Source: Phycisphaerales bacterium (GTDB taxonomy: Bacteria; Planctomycetota; Phycisphaerae; Phycisphaerales; SM1A02). Taken from it: a stretch of 64,000 bases of DNA. Position numbers and translations under genes: made by a program. Below, in pieces: positions 41,604-51,078 of this stretch (position 1 is the first letter of the stretch; each line of letters begins with the position of its first letter). Where the stretch lies: assembly GCA_014238125.1 (NCBI GenBank), contig JABABS010000088.1:20847-84846 (forward strand), in the 5' to 3' direction. Below the pieces are notes generated by a model. That model saw only the letters and a program-made list of their open reading frames with translations. It made no database searches and had not been told where the DNA came from.

Positions 41604-42758
41604 TCACACTGGCTTTTGTGAAGTGTGCATCATCTCGACAAATTGCCTAAATAGATGAGATGAATCATGGGGTCCAGGAGATGCCTCAGGATGAAACTGA
41701 ACGCCCATAATTGGGAGTATTTCGTGCCTGAAGCCTGCAACAGTGCCGTCATTGAGGTGCCGATGGGTCACTACACACCCTACCGCCTTCAAAGAGGCTT
41801 CATCAACGCAAAAACCGTGGTTTTGGCTCGTAATCTCTACTCGATCGGTTTCAATTACTCGAACTGGTTGATTTGCACCACGGTGACCAAATTTCAATTT
41901 CCACGTAGTCGCACCGAGGGCGATTGCTAGCATTTGATGTCCAAGGCAAATACCAAAAGTTGGCAATTCCTTTAACATCACTTTAAGAGTCTGGATAGTT
42001 GATGCAACTGCATCTGGATCGCCGGGTCCATTTGAGATGAATAAGCCATCTGGACGCTGAGCTCTTATTTCGTCTGGAGTGGCATCGTTGGGCATCGGGA
42101 TAACTTCACAGCCAGTAGATACTAAGTTCTTATAAATACTACTCTTAGCGCCACAATCGAGGGCCACGACTCGCAATCTATCTGTTGATTCGATGGTCTG
42201 ATGGATATCCCATTCACCGAGATTGTCAGTCCATTCACAGGTCGTTTCTATTGAAGCATGACTCGCTAAGTCTTGTCCTGACATCAGTTTAGATTCTTTA
42301 GCCTGCAAAAGCAAATCAGCATCTGAACAGGATTGATCCGTACTGATCACACCTCGAAGTGCACCAAATTGTCGGATATGTCGTACAAGTGCCCTTGTAT
42401 CCACGGAGTCCATCGCGATCACTTCATTCATTGCAAGCCAATCTGCTAACCCTCTCTCAGATCGATAGTTAGAATCTACTCTTGAAGCCTCCCTCACGAT
42501 AAATCCAGCCACTTGGGCAGATTTGGATTCTAGGTCATTTTCACAAACACCATAATTTCCGATCATAGGCGCGGTCATTATCAGAATTTGGCCCGCGTAA
42601 CTTGGATCTGTCAACGCTTCCTGATATCCACACATGGCGGTATTGAAAACGACTTCTCCACTTGAACTCCCAATCTCTGCATTCCCAACAGATCGCCCAC
42701 GAACAATGGTTCCATCTTCAAGCACTAGCCTACATGCAATTGCGTTATTTTTATCCAT
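41604..42758 (-). CDS. carA: carbamoyl-phosphate synthase small (glutamine amidotransferase) subunit
   Basis: LVLEDGTIVRGRSVG..., FNTAMCGYQEALTDPSY and GATase triad context GICLGHQ...HGFCV...FHPE. ATG 42758 preferred over TTG 42803. Confidence 0.92.
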   Translation of the reverse strand: MDKNNAIACRLVLEDGTIVRGRSVGNAEIGSSSGEVVFNTAMCGYQEALTDPSYAGQILIMTAPMIGNYGVCENDLESKSAQVAGFIVREASRVDSNYRSERGLADWLAMNEVIAMDSVDTRALVRHIRQFGALRGVISTDQSCSDADLLLQAKESKLMSGQDLASHASIETTCEWTDNLGEWDIHQTIESTDRLRVVALDCGAKSSIYKNLVSTGCEVIPMPNDATPDEIRAQRPDGLFISNGPGDPDAVASTIQTLKVMLKELPTFGICLGHQMLAIALGATTWKLKFGHRGANQPVRVIETDRVEITSQNHGFCVDEASLKAVGCVVTHRHLNDGTVAGFRHEILPIMGVQFHPEASPGPHDSSHLFRQFVEMMHTSQKPV

Positions 42759-42953
42759 CGTTTTGCATTGTATTGACCCAAGGCTGAGGGTGCAACATCG
42801 CAAAGCGATGTTGAAAGGAGCCTGAGCCAGCGTAGTATCCGGTCCTGTATCTCGGGTTAAATAATCGCTCTCAAATGATGAGTAGTTTCCAAATCACAAT
42901 GAAGGTGATTAATTCACACGCAATCTTAGATCTAGTATGTAGACTTCCTCAAT

Positions 42954-45245
42954 ATGGCGGGATTATTTGACGAACCGACAATTTCTTATGTACAAGTTGC
43001 TGTAGAACGCGCAGTAGACAGATATCCAAATGGCCTCACCTACGGAGTCCCACAAAGCCTCGCACCAATCGAAGTGGGGCAACTCGTCACCGTCCCACTC
43101 GGAAGAGGTAATACTCCAACCGACGCATGGGTTCTTTCAACGAGCGACGTACGACTAGACCTTGGCAAAAACAAAGAAACAAAACAAGTTTTTTCAAAAA
43201 GTGCAGAAACAGTTTCCCTGCCTCAAGATCTTGTTTCACTTGCCTCTTGGATGAGTTCATACTACTGCGCTGCAATTGGTCCAACACTTTCAACGATGTT
43301 ACCTGGGCCCGTTCGAAAGGGCACCGGTCTTAAAACGAAAACACTTGTTGACATACATACAACTCCTCCAACTGATGTCAAAATCACCAAAAAACAACAA
43401 CACGTGCTTAACTGCATTGGTGACCTTCCAAAGAACGATCTCCCAATTGTCATTTCGCAACTCATGAAAATTTCATCTCTGGGAAGTCGAGGACCAATCG
43501 ACAAATTATGTCATTTTGGTTTTCTCTCAACGCATCAAGTTACAAATATCGAAGCTACTTGGTTCAAACAAACAATAGACAATAAAGAAGCGCCAACACT
43601 CACCAATGACCAAAACAAAGTACTAGCAGCAATAACTCCTACACTTAAGAAGGGATACAGTTGCCATTTACTACATGGTGTAACTGGCTCCGGGAAAACG
43701 GAAATTTATATTCGCCTCATCGATGAAGCAATCAAAAAAGGTGGAAAAGCAATTGTTCTTGTTCCTGAAATTTCTCTCACACCACAGACCGCTGCACGTC
43801 TAATGGGAAGATTTCCTCACAAACAAGTTGCCATTCTTCACTCCGCACTTACAAAAGCACAACGTCATCAACAATGGGCAATGGTCGCAAGCGGCGAAGC
43901 AGACATCATTCTAGGAGCTCGCAGCGCAATCTTTGGCCCAATTCCAATTGAAGAACTAAAAATCATCATCGTAGATGAAGAACACGATCATTCCTATAAA
44001 CAAGATCAAACACCAAGGTATCACGGGCGAGATGTTGCCATTCGACGCGCTTCAACTGCGAAGTGTCCCATCGTACTTGGCTCTGCAACACCATCAATGG
44101 AATCTTGGTGGAATGCAACACGAAGGAATATTTCCACTTTGCACACATTACCGCAAAGAGCGCCCGGATTAACTTCCCCGGCAATTGAAATTGTCAATAT
44201 GAAAATTGCACGCGCTGCTGCGAAAGGAGTCATGCCCGTGTTTAGCAAAGAACTTGAAAGCGAAATACAGCGAGCTCTTGCAAGTGGTGGACAAATATTA
44301 CTCCTACTCAATCGCCGAGGTTTTGCACCTTGGATTGCCTGTTCAAATCGCGGATGCGATTGGATGATGCGATGCGAACACTGCGAATCCTCAATGGTCT
44401 ATCACAGACGAAAGCCCCTTGAAGAAGTTGGTTTCGTTCGCTGTCATCACTGTGCAAAAGAACAGCGCGTCCCAAAATCTTGTCCTGATTGTTCTAAACC
44501 TGTCATACGACTTGGCGCAGGTACACAACGACTTGAAGCAATCATTCGTGAAACAATTCCAATACCCGATGATCAAATCGCAAGACTTGACACTGACACT
44601 GCCCGCAAAAGTTCTGATCTTCATTCAATACTTGATCGTTTTACACGTGGTAAAATCCGCGTCCTCTTAGGAACACAAATGATTGCAAAGGGACTGGATG
44701 TTGCCGGTGTCACGCTCGTTGGTGTCATCGATGCAGATACAGCAATCGATCTTCCAGACTTTAGAGCTTCAGAGCGAACTTACCAACTTGTTGCACAGGT
44801 ATGCGGACGTTGTGGGCGAGGAACCGGAAACGCAAAAGCAATAGTACAAACATACAACCCAGAAGCACCCGCGATTGTGCTTGCTTCACAAAATAAGTAC
44901 GAAGAGTTCGCAAATCGGGAACTAGAACTTCGACAAGAAACAGGTCTTCCACCAACAAGACGAATGGTTCGATTTGTTGTCAGAGACGACGAATTTGCAA
45001 TAACTGCTGGCCGAGCAGATTCGCTCTACGAACGACTTTTATCGATCGCCACTCCCGCTATTCAAATAACAGCAGCTGCCCCCTGTGTCTTAACAAGAAT
45101 TGCTGACCGCTACCGCTTCGATCTCACCGCTTCTGCCTCGACGGCAAGTGAATTACAACTATTTATAGCCGATGCTCGCAGCAGACAGTACATTACAAAT
45201 AATCGAGATCTTGCAATAGATGTTGACCCAATTTCGATGCTCTAA
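42954..45245 (+). CDS. priA: primosomal protein N' (replication restart helicase PriA)
   Basis: Walker A GVTGSGKTE, DEEHD box, and Cys-rich zinc-binding insert (CSNRGCDWMMRCEHCESSMVYH...CHHCAKEQRVPKSCPDCS). Confidence 0.92.
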   Translation: MAGLFDEPTISYVQVAVERAVDRYPNGLTYGVPQSLAPIEVGQLVTVPLGRGNTPTDAWVLSTSDVRLDLGKNKETKQVFSKSAETVSLPQDLVSLASWMSSYYCAAIGPTLSTMLPGPVRKGTGLKTKTLVDIHTTPPTDVKITKKQQHVLNCIGDLPKNDLPIVISQLMKISSLGSRGPIDKLCHFGFLSTHQVTNIEATWFKQTIDNKEAPTLTNDQNKVLAAITPTLKKGYSCHLLHGVTGSGKTEIYIRLIDEAIKKGGKAIVLVPEISLTPQTAARLMGRFPHKQVAILHSALTKAQRHQQWAMVASGEADIILGARSAIFGPIPIEELKIIIVDEEHDHSYKQDQTPRYHGRDVAIRRASTAKCPIVLGSATPSMESWWNATRRNISTLHTLPQRAPGLTSPAIEIVNMKIARAAAKGVMPVFSKELESEIQRALASGGQILLLLNRRGFAPWIACSNRGCDWMMRCEHCESSMVYHRRKPLEEVGFVRCHHCAKEQRVPKSCPDCSKPVIRLGAGTQRLEAIIRETIPIPDDQIARLDTDTARKSSDLHSILDRFTRGKIRVLLGTQMIAKGLDVAGVTLVGVIDADTAIDLPDFRASERTYQLVAQVCGRCGRGTGNAKAIVQTYNPEAPAIVLASQNKYEEFANRELELRQETGLPPTRRMVRFVVRDDEFAITAGRADSLYERLLSIATPAIQITAAAPCVLTRIADRYRFDLTASASTASELQLFIADARSRQYITNNRDLAIDVDPISML

Positions 45246-45299
45246 CACTGCTTTTTCTGGTAGAATCCAACACTTTATACCAATAAAGATGCGAGCATT

Positions 45300-48077
45300 A
45301 TGCAGCAGTCAAACGCAGAAAAAAGCGACCTTACACCAACAACAATCGACCCCTCCATTAACTCTTGGAATACAAAGTTCCTCGATGATCTTTATATACA
45401 ATGGAAGGCAGATTCTTCGTCTGTAACAAAACAATGGCAAGATTTCTTCCAAGGCTTCCAACTTGGGGTGTCGCTTGAAGTACAACAAACCTCATCGCTC
45501 TCTGGCTCAGCTTTGCAAGCATGCGTAGATTCCCTTATTTCAAATTACAGGATGGTTGGTCATTATGCAGCAAACCTTGACCCCCTTGAGTTACAAAAAA
45601 TCGATCGCTCTGCATTAGAGTTAAGTACATTTGATTTAGACAAATCACAACTTGATGCATCTTTTGACCCGGGACACCTCGATCTCCCAAGACCATCCAA
45701 ACTCAGAGATATTATTGATCGACTTGAGCAAACATATTGCAAACATATCGGGGTTGAATATTCTCATATAGAAAATCGAGAACAACGCAGATGGCTTCAA
45801 TCTCAAATGGAACCAATCGCTAACAAGCCATCGTTTGATGTGAACACGAAATGCCGCATTCTTCGAAAACTCACAGAAGCTACAACGCTTGAAAAATTTT
45901 GCGCTACTCGGTATATAGGCAAAAAACGGTTTAGCTTAGAAGGTTCTGAGTCACTTATCCCAATGATGAATGAACTCATCAATGATGCAGGTGAAGATGG
46001 TGTTGAAGTCGTGACAATTGGGATGGCTCATCGTGGCAGAATCAACGTGCTTGTAAACATCTTACGAAAATCATACGACCAGTTATTTACTGAATTTGAA
46101 GAGAGTTGGATCGAAGATTTTTCTGGTGGTGGTGGAGACGTAAAGTACCACCTTGGTTACAACGCAGACATCATGACAGATCTCGGCAAACCAATGCACA
46201 TTACGCTTGCTCCAAATCCGTCACACCTTGAGTTCGGTCACTCAGTCGTTCTTGGTAAAGCAAGATCACGCCAACGCACACAATGCGATGAAGATAGAAG
46301 TTTATGTATTCCACTTCTAATTCATGGAGATGCAAGTTTCCCGGGACAGGGAATCGTTGCAGAAATGTTTAACATGGCGCACCTCGATGGGTACACAGTT
46401 GGTGGTGCTGTACATATTGTTGTGAACAACCAAATTGGTTTTACTACAAACCCTCATGACAGTTACTCTGGTCGATACTGTACAGATATAGCAAAAATGG
46501 CAGGTGCTCCAATAATCCATGTCAATGGAAACGATCCAGAAGCGTGCGTACATGCGATCCAACTTGGAGTCCGGTACAGACAAAAATTTCACAACGATGT
46601 TGTCATTGACGTGTGGACTTATCGTAAACATGGGCACAACGAGTCTGACGAACCGACGTACACACAGCCAAAAATGTATAGGGCAATTTCGAAAATGCAA
46701 CCAATTTCAGATCAGTATGCAGAAAAACTGATCAAATGTGGAGTTCTCACAAAAGACATTCACGAACAGATGACCGAGGATGTACGAAGCGAACTTGAAG
46801 CCTCGCAAGCACGATCAAAAACTCAGCCAATCTCGTCAAGCGTTCCCCCCTACCAACCTTCTACAACTTGGGAGGGATTACAAGGAGATGTAAAAAACCG
46901 AGCAATAGACACTACAGTCTCTATTGATTTACTTACAAAAGTAGTGCATGCCCTTGGAACAGTTCCTGACAATTTCAACCCACATCCCAAATTACGAAAA
47001 TTACTTTCAACAAGGAAGAACACTATTGAAAGCGGCACCCCATTCGATTGGGGAGTGGGAGAATTACTCAGTTTCGGAACACTTCTTGAAGAAGGAAATC
47101 CTGTAAGACTTACAGGCCAAGATGTAGAACGTGGCACATTCAGTCACAGGCACGCCGTTCTCATCGATACTGAAACTGGCATTCCTCTACTAAATCTTAA
47201 CCACATTTCTTCAGATCAGGCAAAGTTATGCGTACACAACAGTCCTTTGACTGAAAGCGCCTGCTTAGGATTTGAATATGGTTATTCTTTAGGTGATCCA
47301 CACATGCTTGTGGTATGGGAAGCACAGTTTGGAGATTTCGTCAACGGCGCCCAGGTTATCATTGACCAGTTCATTTCTTCTGCAGAAGTAAAGTGGAGAC
47401 GATCCTCGGGGCTAGTCATGCTACTTCCTCATGGCTACGAGGGACAAGGTCCTGAACACTCTTCTGCACGTTTAGAACGATTTCTCGCACTTTGCGCTGA
47501 CAGAAATATGACCGTTATCAATCCAACAACGCCCTCGCAAATTTTTCATGCACTCAGACGCCAAATCAAATGGTCTTTTAGAAAACCACTCGTCGTTATG
47601 TCGCCAAAAAGTTTACTCAGACACCCTCTAGCTGTTTCAACAATTGCAGATCTCACTGAGCGTTCTTTTCTTACAGTCATCGATGACACGATAGAAAAAC
47701 AAAAAGTAATTCGAGTCATTTTTTGTTCTGGGAAAGTATATTACGACCTTGCATCGCATCGTGAAAGCATGACGAATCCAGAAACAATTGCCATTATCCG
47801 CATTGAAGAACTCTACCCATTTCCAGTCAGTGAGTTACAAAAAATCATGGATTCATTTTCAGAAGTTGAATATATGTGGGTTCAAGAGGAACCGGAAAAC
47901 ATGGGTGCGTGGAGATTTATCGATGCAGCGTTTAGAGACACTTTTTCCGTCAATCTCACGCGCGTGTGCCGAAGGCTGAGCTCAACACCCGCTGTCGCAT
48001 CACATACCATGCATAAAACCGAACAACAACGTATTCTCATAGAAGCAGTTGGACTTCCAACAGAAACGCAAGCATGA
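45300..48077 (+). CDS. sucA: 2-oxoglutarate dehydrogenase E1 component
   Basis: 925 aa with typical SucA blocks (RMVGHYAANLDPL, GMAHRGRINVL, IHGDASFPGQGIV, LPHGYEGQGPEHSSARLERFL). Confidence 0.93.
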   Translation: MQQSNAEKSDLTPTTIDPSINSWNTKFLDDLYIQWKADSSSVTKQWQDFFQGFQLGVSLEVQQTSSLSGSALQACVDSLISNYRMVGHYAANLDPLELQKIDRSALELSTFDLDKSQLDASFDPGHLDLPRPSKLRDIIDRLEQTYCKHIGVEYSHIENREQRRWLQSQMEPIANKPSFDVNTKCRILRKLTEATTLEKFCATRYIGKKRFSLEGSESLIPMMNELINDAGEDGVEVVTIGMAHRGRINVLVNILRKSYDQLFTEFEESWIEDFSGGGGDVKYHLGYNADIMTDLGKPMHITLAPNPSHLEFGHSVVLGKARSRQRTQCDEDRSLCIPLLIHGDASFPGQGIVAEMFNMAHLDGYTVGGAVHIVVNNQIGFTTNPHDSYSGRYCTDIAKMAGAPIIHVNGNDPEACVHAIQLGVRYRQKFHNDVVIDVWTYRKHGHNESDEPTYTQPKMYRAISKMQPISDQYAEKLIKCGVLTKDIHEQMTEDVRSELEASQARSKTQPISSSVPPYQPSTTWEGLQGDVKNRAIDTTVSIDLLTKVVHALGTVPDNFNPHPKLRKLLSTRKNTIESGTPFDWGVGELLSFGTLLEEGNPVRLTGQDVERGTFSHRHAVLIDTETGIPLLNLNHISSDQAKLCVHNSPLTESACLGFEYGYSLGDPHMLVVWEAQFGDFVNGAQVIIDQFISSAEVKWRRSSGLVMLLPHGYEGQGPEHSSARLERFLALCADRNMTVINPTTPSQIFHALRRQIKWSFRKPLVVMSPKSLLRHPLAVSTIADLTERSFLTVIDDTIEKQKVIRVIFCSGKVYYDLASHRESMTNPETIAIIRIEELYPFPVSELQKIMDSFSEVEYMWVQEEPENMGAWRFIDAAFRDTFSVNLTRVCRRLSSTPAVASHTMHKTEQQRILIEAVGLPTETQA

Positions 48078-49285
48078 CACACCCAATCATTATTCCAAAT
48101 CTTGGCGAATCAATCACTGAAGTGGTGCTTGGAGAATGGCTTATCCAAAATGGTAACTGGGTTGATCGCGATCAATCACTTCTTGAAATTGAATCCGACA
48201 AAGTCACCCAAGAATTACCTTCCCCTGTTTCGGGAGTTCTCACTATCACATTACAAGCTGGTGAAGAATGCCGAGTTGGAGACACAATCGGTTCGATTGA
48301 CGAATCTGCTTCTAAACCAGAAAAAATACAAACAGAAGAAATTGCGCTTGAAGAAGTGACAAAGGAAACTGTTGCATCTGCTGAACAAACCAAAGCAACA
48401 CCACTTGCAAAAAAAGTTGCGAGTGACATGGGCGTGCAAATCGATCAACTCAAGGGTTCTGGCAACTCTGGGAAAATTACAAAAGCAGATGTCATCAGTG
48501 CAAGCGAATCGCCAATTGCTCTACCTGTAGAAAAAACAGAAGTTGGTTCGATTATCGATGAGAGTTCGACTAAACGCCGAGGAATTCGGCGCGAAAAAAT
48601 GTCCATGCTCAGAAGGCGGATTGCAAAGCGGCTCGTTGAGGCACAGCATTCCGCAGCGATGCTCACAACTTTCAACGAAGCAGACATGAGTAAAGTGATT
48701 GCGCTTCGTAAAATCCACAAAGAAGAATTCAATGATCGCTATGGCGTCAACCTTGGATTCATGTCTTTTTTCACAAGAGCATGTGTCTCTGCCTTGCGTG
48801 CTTGGCCAGCAATTAACGCATCCATTGAGGGAGACGAGGTGGTCTACCACGATTATGTAGACATGTCGATCGCAGTTGGTACCGAGCGCGGACTCGTCGT
48901 GCCTGTCATCCGAAATGCAGACCGAATGAGTTTTGCAGAAATTGAACTTACGATAAAAGAACTTGCTTTGCGTGCGAAAAATGGGAAGTTAACGATCGAA
49001 GATATGACAGGTGGCACATTTACCATCAGCAACGGCGGTGTGTATGGATCAATGATGTCAACACCAATTTTGAATCCACCTCAATCCGGAATTCTCGGGT
49101 TGCATCGCATTCAAAACCGACCAATTGAGAACCCTGATAAATCTGGAGAGATTGTCCTTAGGCCCATGATGTATCTCGCACTCAGTTACGACCACAGGGT
49201 TGTAGACGGCGAGGGTGCTGTTCGTTTTCTTGTTCACTTGAAGGATTGCATCGAAGATCCACAACGATTGCTATTGGGTCTTTAG
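48074..49285 (+). CDS. sucB: dihydrolipoyllysine-residue succinyltransferase (2-oxoglutarate dehydrogenase E2)
   Basis: Lipoyl domain (LLEIESDKVTQELPSP), E3-binding-like segment (ATPLAKKVASDMGVQIDQLKGSG) and catalytic domain with SYDHRVVDG. ATGA overlap with sucA. Confidence 0.9.
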   Translation: MTHPIIIPNLGESITEVVLGEWLIQNGNWVDRDQSLLEIESDKVTQELPSPVSGVLTITLQAGEECRVGDTIGSIDESASKPEKIQTEEIALEEVTKETVASAEQTKATPLAKKVASDMGVQIDQLKGSGNSGKITKADVISASESPIALPVEKTEVGSIIDESSTKRRGIRREKMSMLRRRIAKRLVEAQHSAAMLTTFNEADMSKVIALRKIHKEEFNDRYGVNLGFMSFFTRACVSALRAWPAINASIEGDEVVYHDYVDMSIAVGTERGLVVPVIRNADRMSFAEIELTIKELALRAKNGKLTIEDMTGGTFTISNGGVYGSMMSTPILNPPQSGILGLHRIQNRPIENPDKSGEIVLRPMMYLALSYDHRVVDGEGAVRFLVHLKDCIEDPQRLLLGL

Positions 49286-49286
49286 T

Positions 49287-50210
49287 ATGCCCGATGATTC
49301 TGGTCATCTTCCTGTTCTCCCTAATCAAGTCTGTGATTTACTTGATCCCCAAGAAAATGATGTCATTGTCGACCTCACTGCAGGTAGAGGTGGGCACGCA
49401 GAACTGCTTGCCAAAAGAGCAAATGGGAATCCAACTGTCATCTTGTTCGATCTCGACGAAGCGAACCTTGAATTCGCAACAGCGAGACTTGAAAAACTTA
49501 GTATCCGCGTACAAGCACATCACGAAAGTTTTGTTACCGCTGCGTCTACACTCACCGATTCTGGCATTCAAGCAAACTGTGTTCTTGCAGACCTTGGTTT
49601 TTCATCCAATCAAATGGATGAAGCAAAGAGAGGCTTCAGTTTTGGCAACGATGGCCCACTTGATATGCGACTCGATCCCTCAAAAGGGACAACTGCAGCC
49701 GATCTCGTCAATTCCCTAAGTGAAAAAGAACTTGCTGATACGATCTATTTTCTAGGTGAAGAACCCTATTCTCGCCGAATTGCTCAAAAAATTACACTAG
49801 AACGACAAGAAAAGCCGATTTTAAGAACTGCTAGGCTCGCACAACTTGTGCGTGATGCCTACGGCGCACGGGCTCGCTCGTCACGACTTCACCCCGCAAC
49901 ACGCACTTTCATGGCGTTGCGAATCGCAGTCAACGGAGAACTCGATGCGCTCGATGCATTGCTCCTTGATGTCGAATCTGGCGGCCGCAAGGTCGACAGT
50001 AGTGGTTGGTTACATCCAACTGCCAAAATAGCTGTGATCAGTTTTCACAGTTTGGAGGATCGCCGAGTCAAGCAATCCTTCGTCGCCCTTGAGAAAAAAG
50101 AATTGGCTAAGCGATTGACTCGCAAACCAATTCGGGCAACGGACGAGGAGCAATACCTCAACCCACGCTCTCGCCCAGCGAAACTTCGCGCGGTCCAACT
50201 TGGTTTGTAG
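49287..50210 (+). CDS. rsmH: 16S rRNA (cytosine1402-N4)-methyltransferase RsmH (MraW)
   Basis: HLPVLPNQV..., DLTAGRGGH, DLGFSSNQMD and ISFHSLEDRRVK. Starts 1 nt after the sucB stop. Confidence 0.92.
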   Translation: MPDDSGHLPVLPNQVCDLLDPQENDVIVDLTAGRGGHAELLAKRANGNPTVILFDLDEANLEFATARLEKLSIRVQAHHESFVTAASTLTDSGIQANCVLADLGFSSNQMDEAKRGFSFGNDGPLDMRLDPSKGTTAADLVNSLSEKELADTIYFLGEEPYSRRIAQKITLERQEKPILRTARLAQLVRDAYGARARSSRLHPATRTFMALRIAVNGELDALDALLLDVESGGRKVDSSGWLHPTAKIAVISFHSLEDRRVKQSFVALEKKELAKRLTRKPIRATDEEQYLNPRSRPAKLRAVQLGL

Positions 50211-50250
50211 AAGGCTCGCCCTTCTACTTTGTGATCGGATTCCATTTCTC

Positions 50251-50844
50251 ATGGATAGCAATAACAAAATTTCCATCGTCATTGGTTTTGGTTTACTTAT
50301 TTTTGTAGGCATGTTTGTCGCTGACCATTTTTCTGATGCAACACATCGAGAAGTTGCAATCCTTGGTGGCGAACTTCCTAGCCCACCACCGATCCCTGCT
50401 TCTCAACTGATCACCGGGGCACTTCCATCGCTTGAGACGATTGAACATCCAACCAATGCAAACGACCAAGTCCACGTTGTCAACAAAGGTGAATCACTAC
50501 GAACCATTTGCAGCAAAGAATATGGCGATTCTGGTTTAGCAAACGCGGTAGCGCTTTGGAATGGACTCTCTTCCCCAAATAAAATCGAAGTTGGTCAACA
50601 CATTGCACTTCCAACGAGATCCGCTTTGATTGCTGCACATGCACCTGCTCTCACACCAAAAGTAATATCCGCTCCTCAATTTGGAACGTATACAGTGAAA
50701 AGCGGTGACACCCTTTCTCAAATTGCACAACAAGTTTGCGGATCAGCGAAGTGCACCATCGAGCTAATTGAACTTAACAAGAGAACACTTCTAAACCCAG
50801 ACCGATTGCAAATTGGCATGAAACTTCGCTACCGAATCGATTAA
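50251..50844 (+). CDS. membrane-anchored protein with two LysM domains
   Basis: N-terminal TM segment (ISIVIGFGLLIFVGMFVA). Two LysM repeats (HVVNKGESLRTICSKEYG...IEVGQHIALP and YTVKSGDTLSQIAQQVCG...LQIGMKLRY). ATG 50251 preferred over the earlier ORF start. Confidence 0.7.
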   Translation: MDSNNKISIVIGFGLLIFVGMFVADHFSDATHREVAILGGELPSPPPIPASQLITGALPSLETIEHPTNANDQVHVVNKGESLRTICSKEYGDSGLANAVALWNGLSSPNKIEVGQHIALPTRSALIAAHAPALTPKVISAPQFGTYTVKSGDTLSQIAQQVCGSAKCTIELIELNKRTLLNPDRLQIGMKLRYRID

Positions 50845-50850
50845 TATCCC

Positions 50851-51078
50851 ATGGCACGTAAGTTACTCATTGTCATCTTTGTTTTCACAATCGCAGCACT
50901 TTCGCTGCTTGTTATTCGACAAGAACAGATCAACACAGTGCACACAATGATGGTATTACATCTACAAATATCAAGGCAAAAAACTTCACTCGATGCACTA
51001 CGTTTTGCCATTGAAGAAGAATGCTCTGCCGAATCACTTGGTCTTTTCCGCACTTCTAGAGTTAACGAAAATGAATAA
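50851..51078 (+). CDS. small bitopic membrane protein, FtsL-like by position and architecture
   Basis: 75 aa with a short cytoplasmic N-terminus, one TM (LLIVIFVFTIAALSLLVI) and a helical tail. Sits directly upstream of ftsI and overlaps its start (ATGAATAA), as ftsL does in dcw clusters. There is no sequence-level proof. Confidence 0.45.
   Translation: MARKLLIVIFVFTIAALSLLVIRQEQINTVHTMMVLHLQISRQKTSLDALRFAIEEECSAESLGLFRTSRVNENE

Noticed and set aside
42793-42813. Perfect 9-bp hairpin CAACATCGC-AAA-GCGATGTTG in the carA 5' leader, considered as a pyrimidine attenuator or PyrR site.
   Set aside because: No U-tract follows it on the carA strand and there is no PyrR-box-like loop sequence. It also overlaps an alternative TTG start frame. 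The structure is real, but there is no evidence for a regulatory role.
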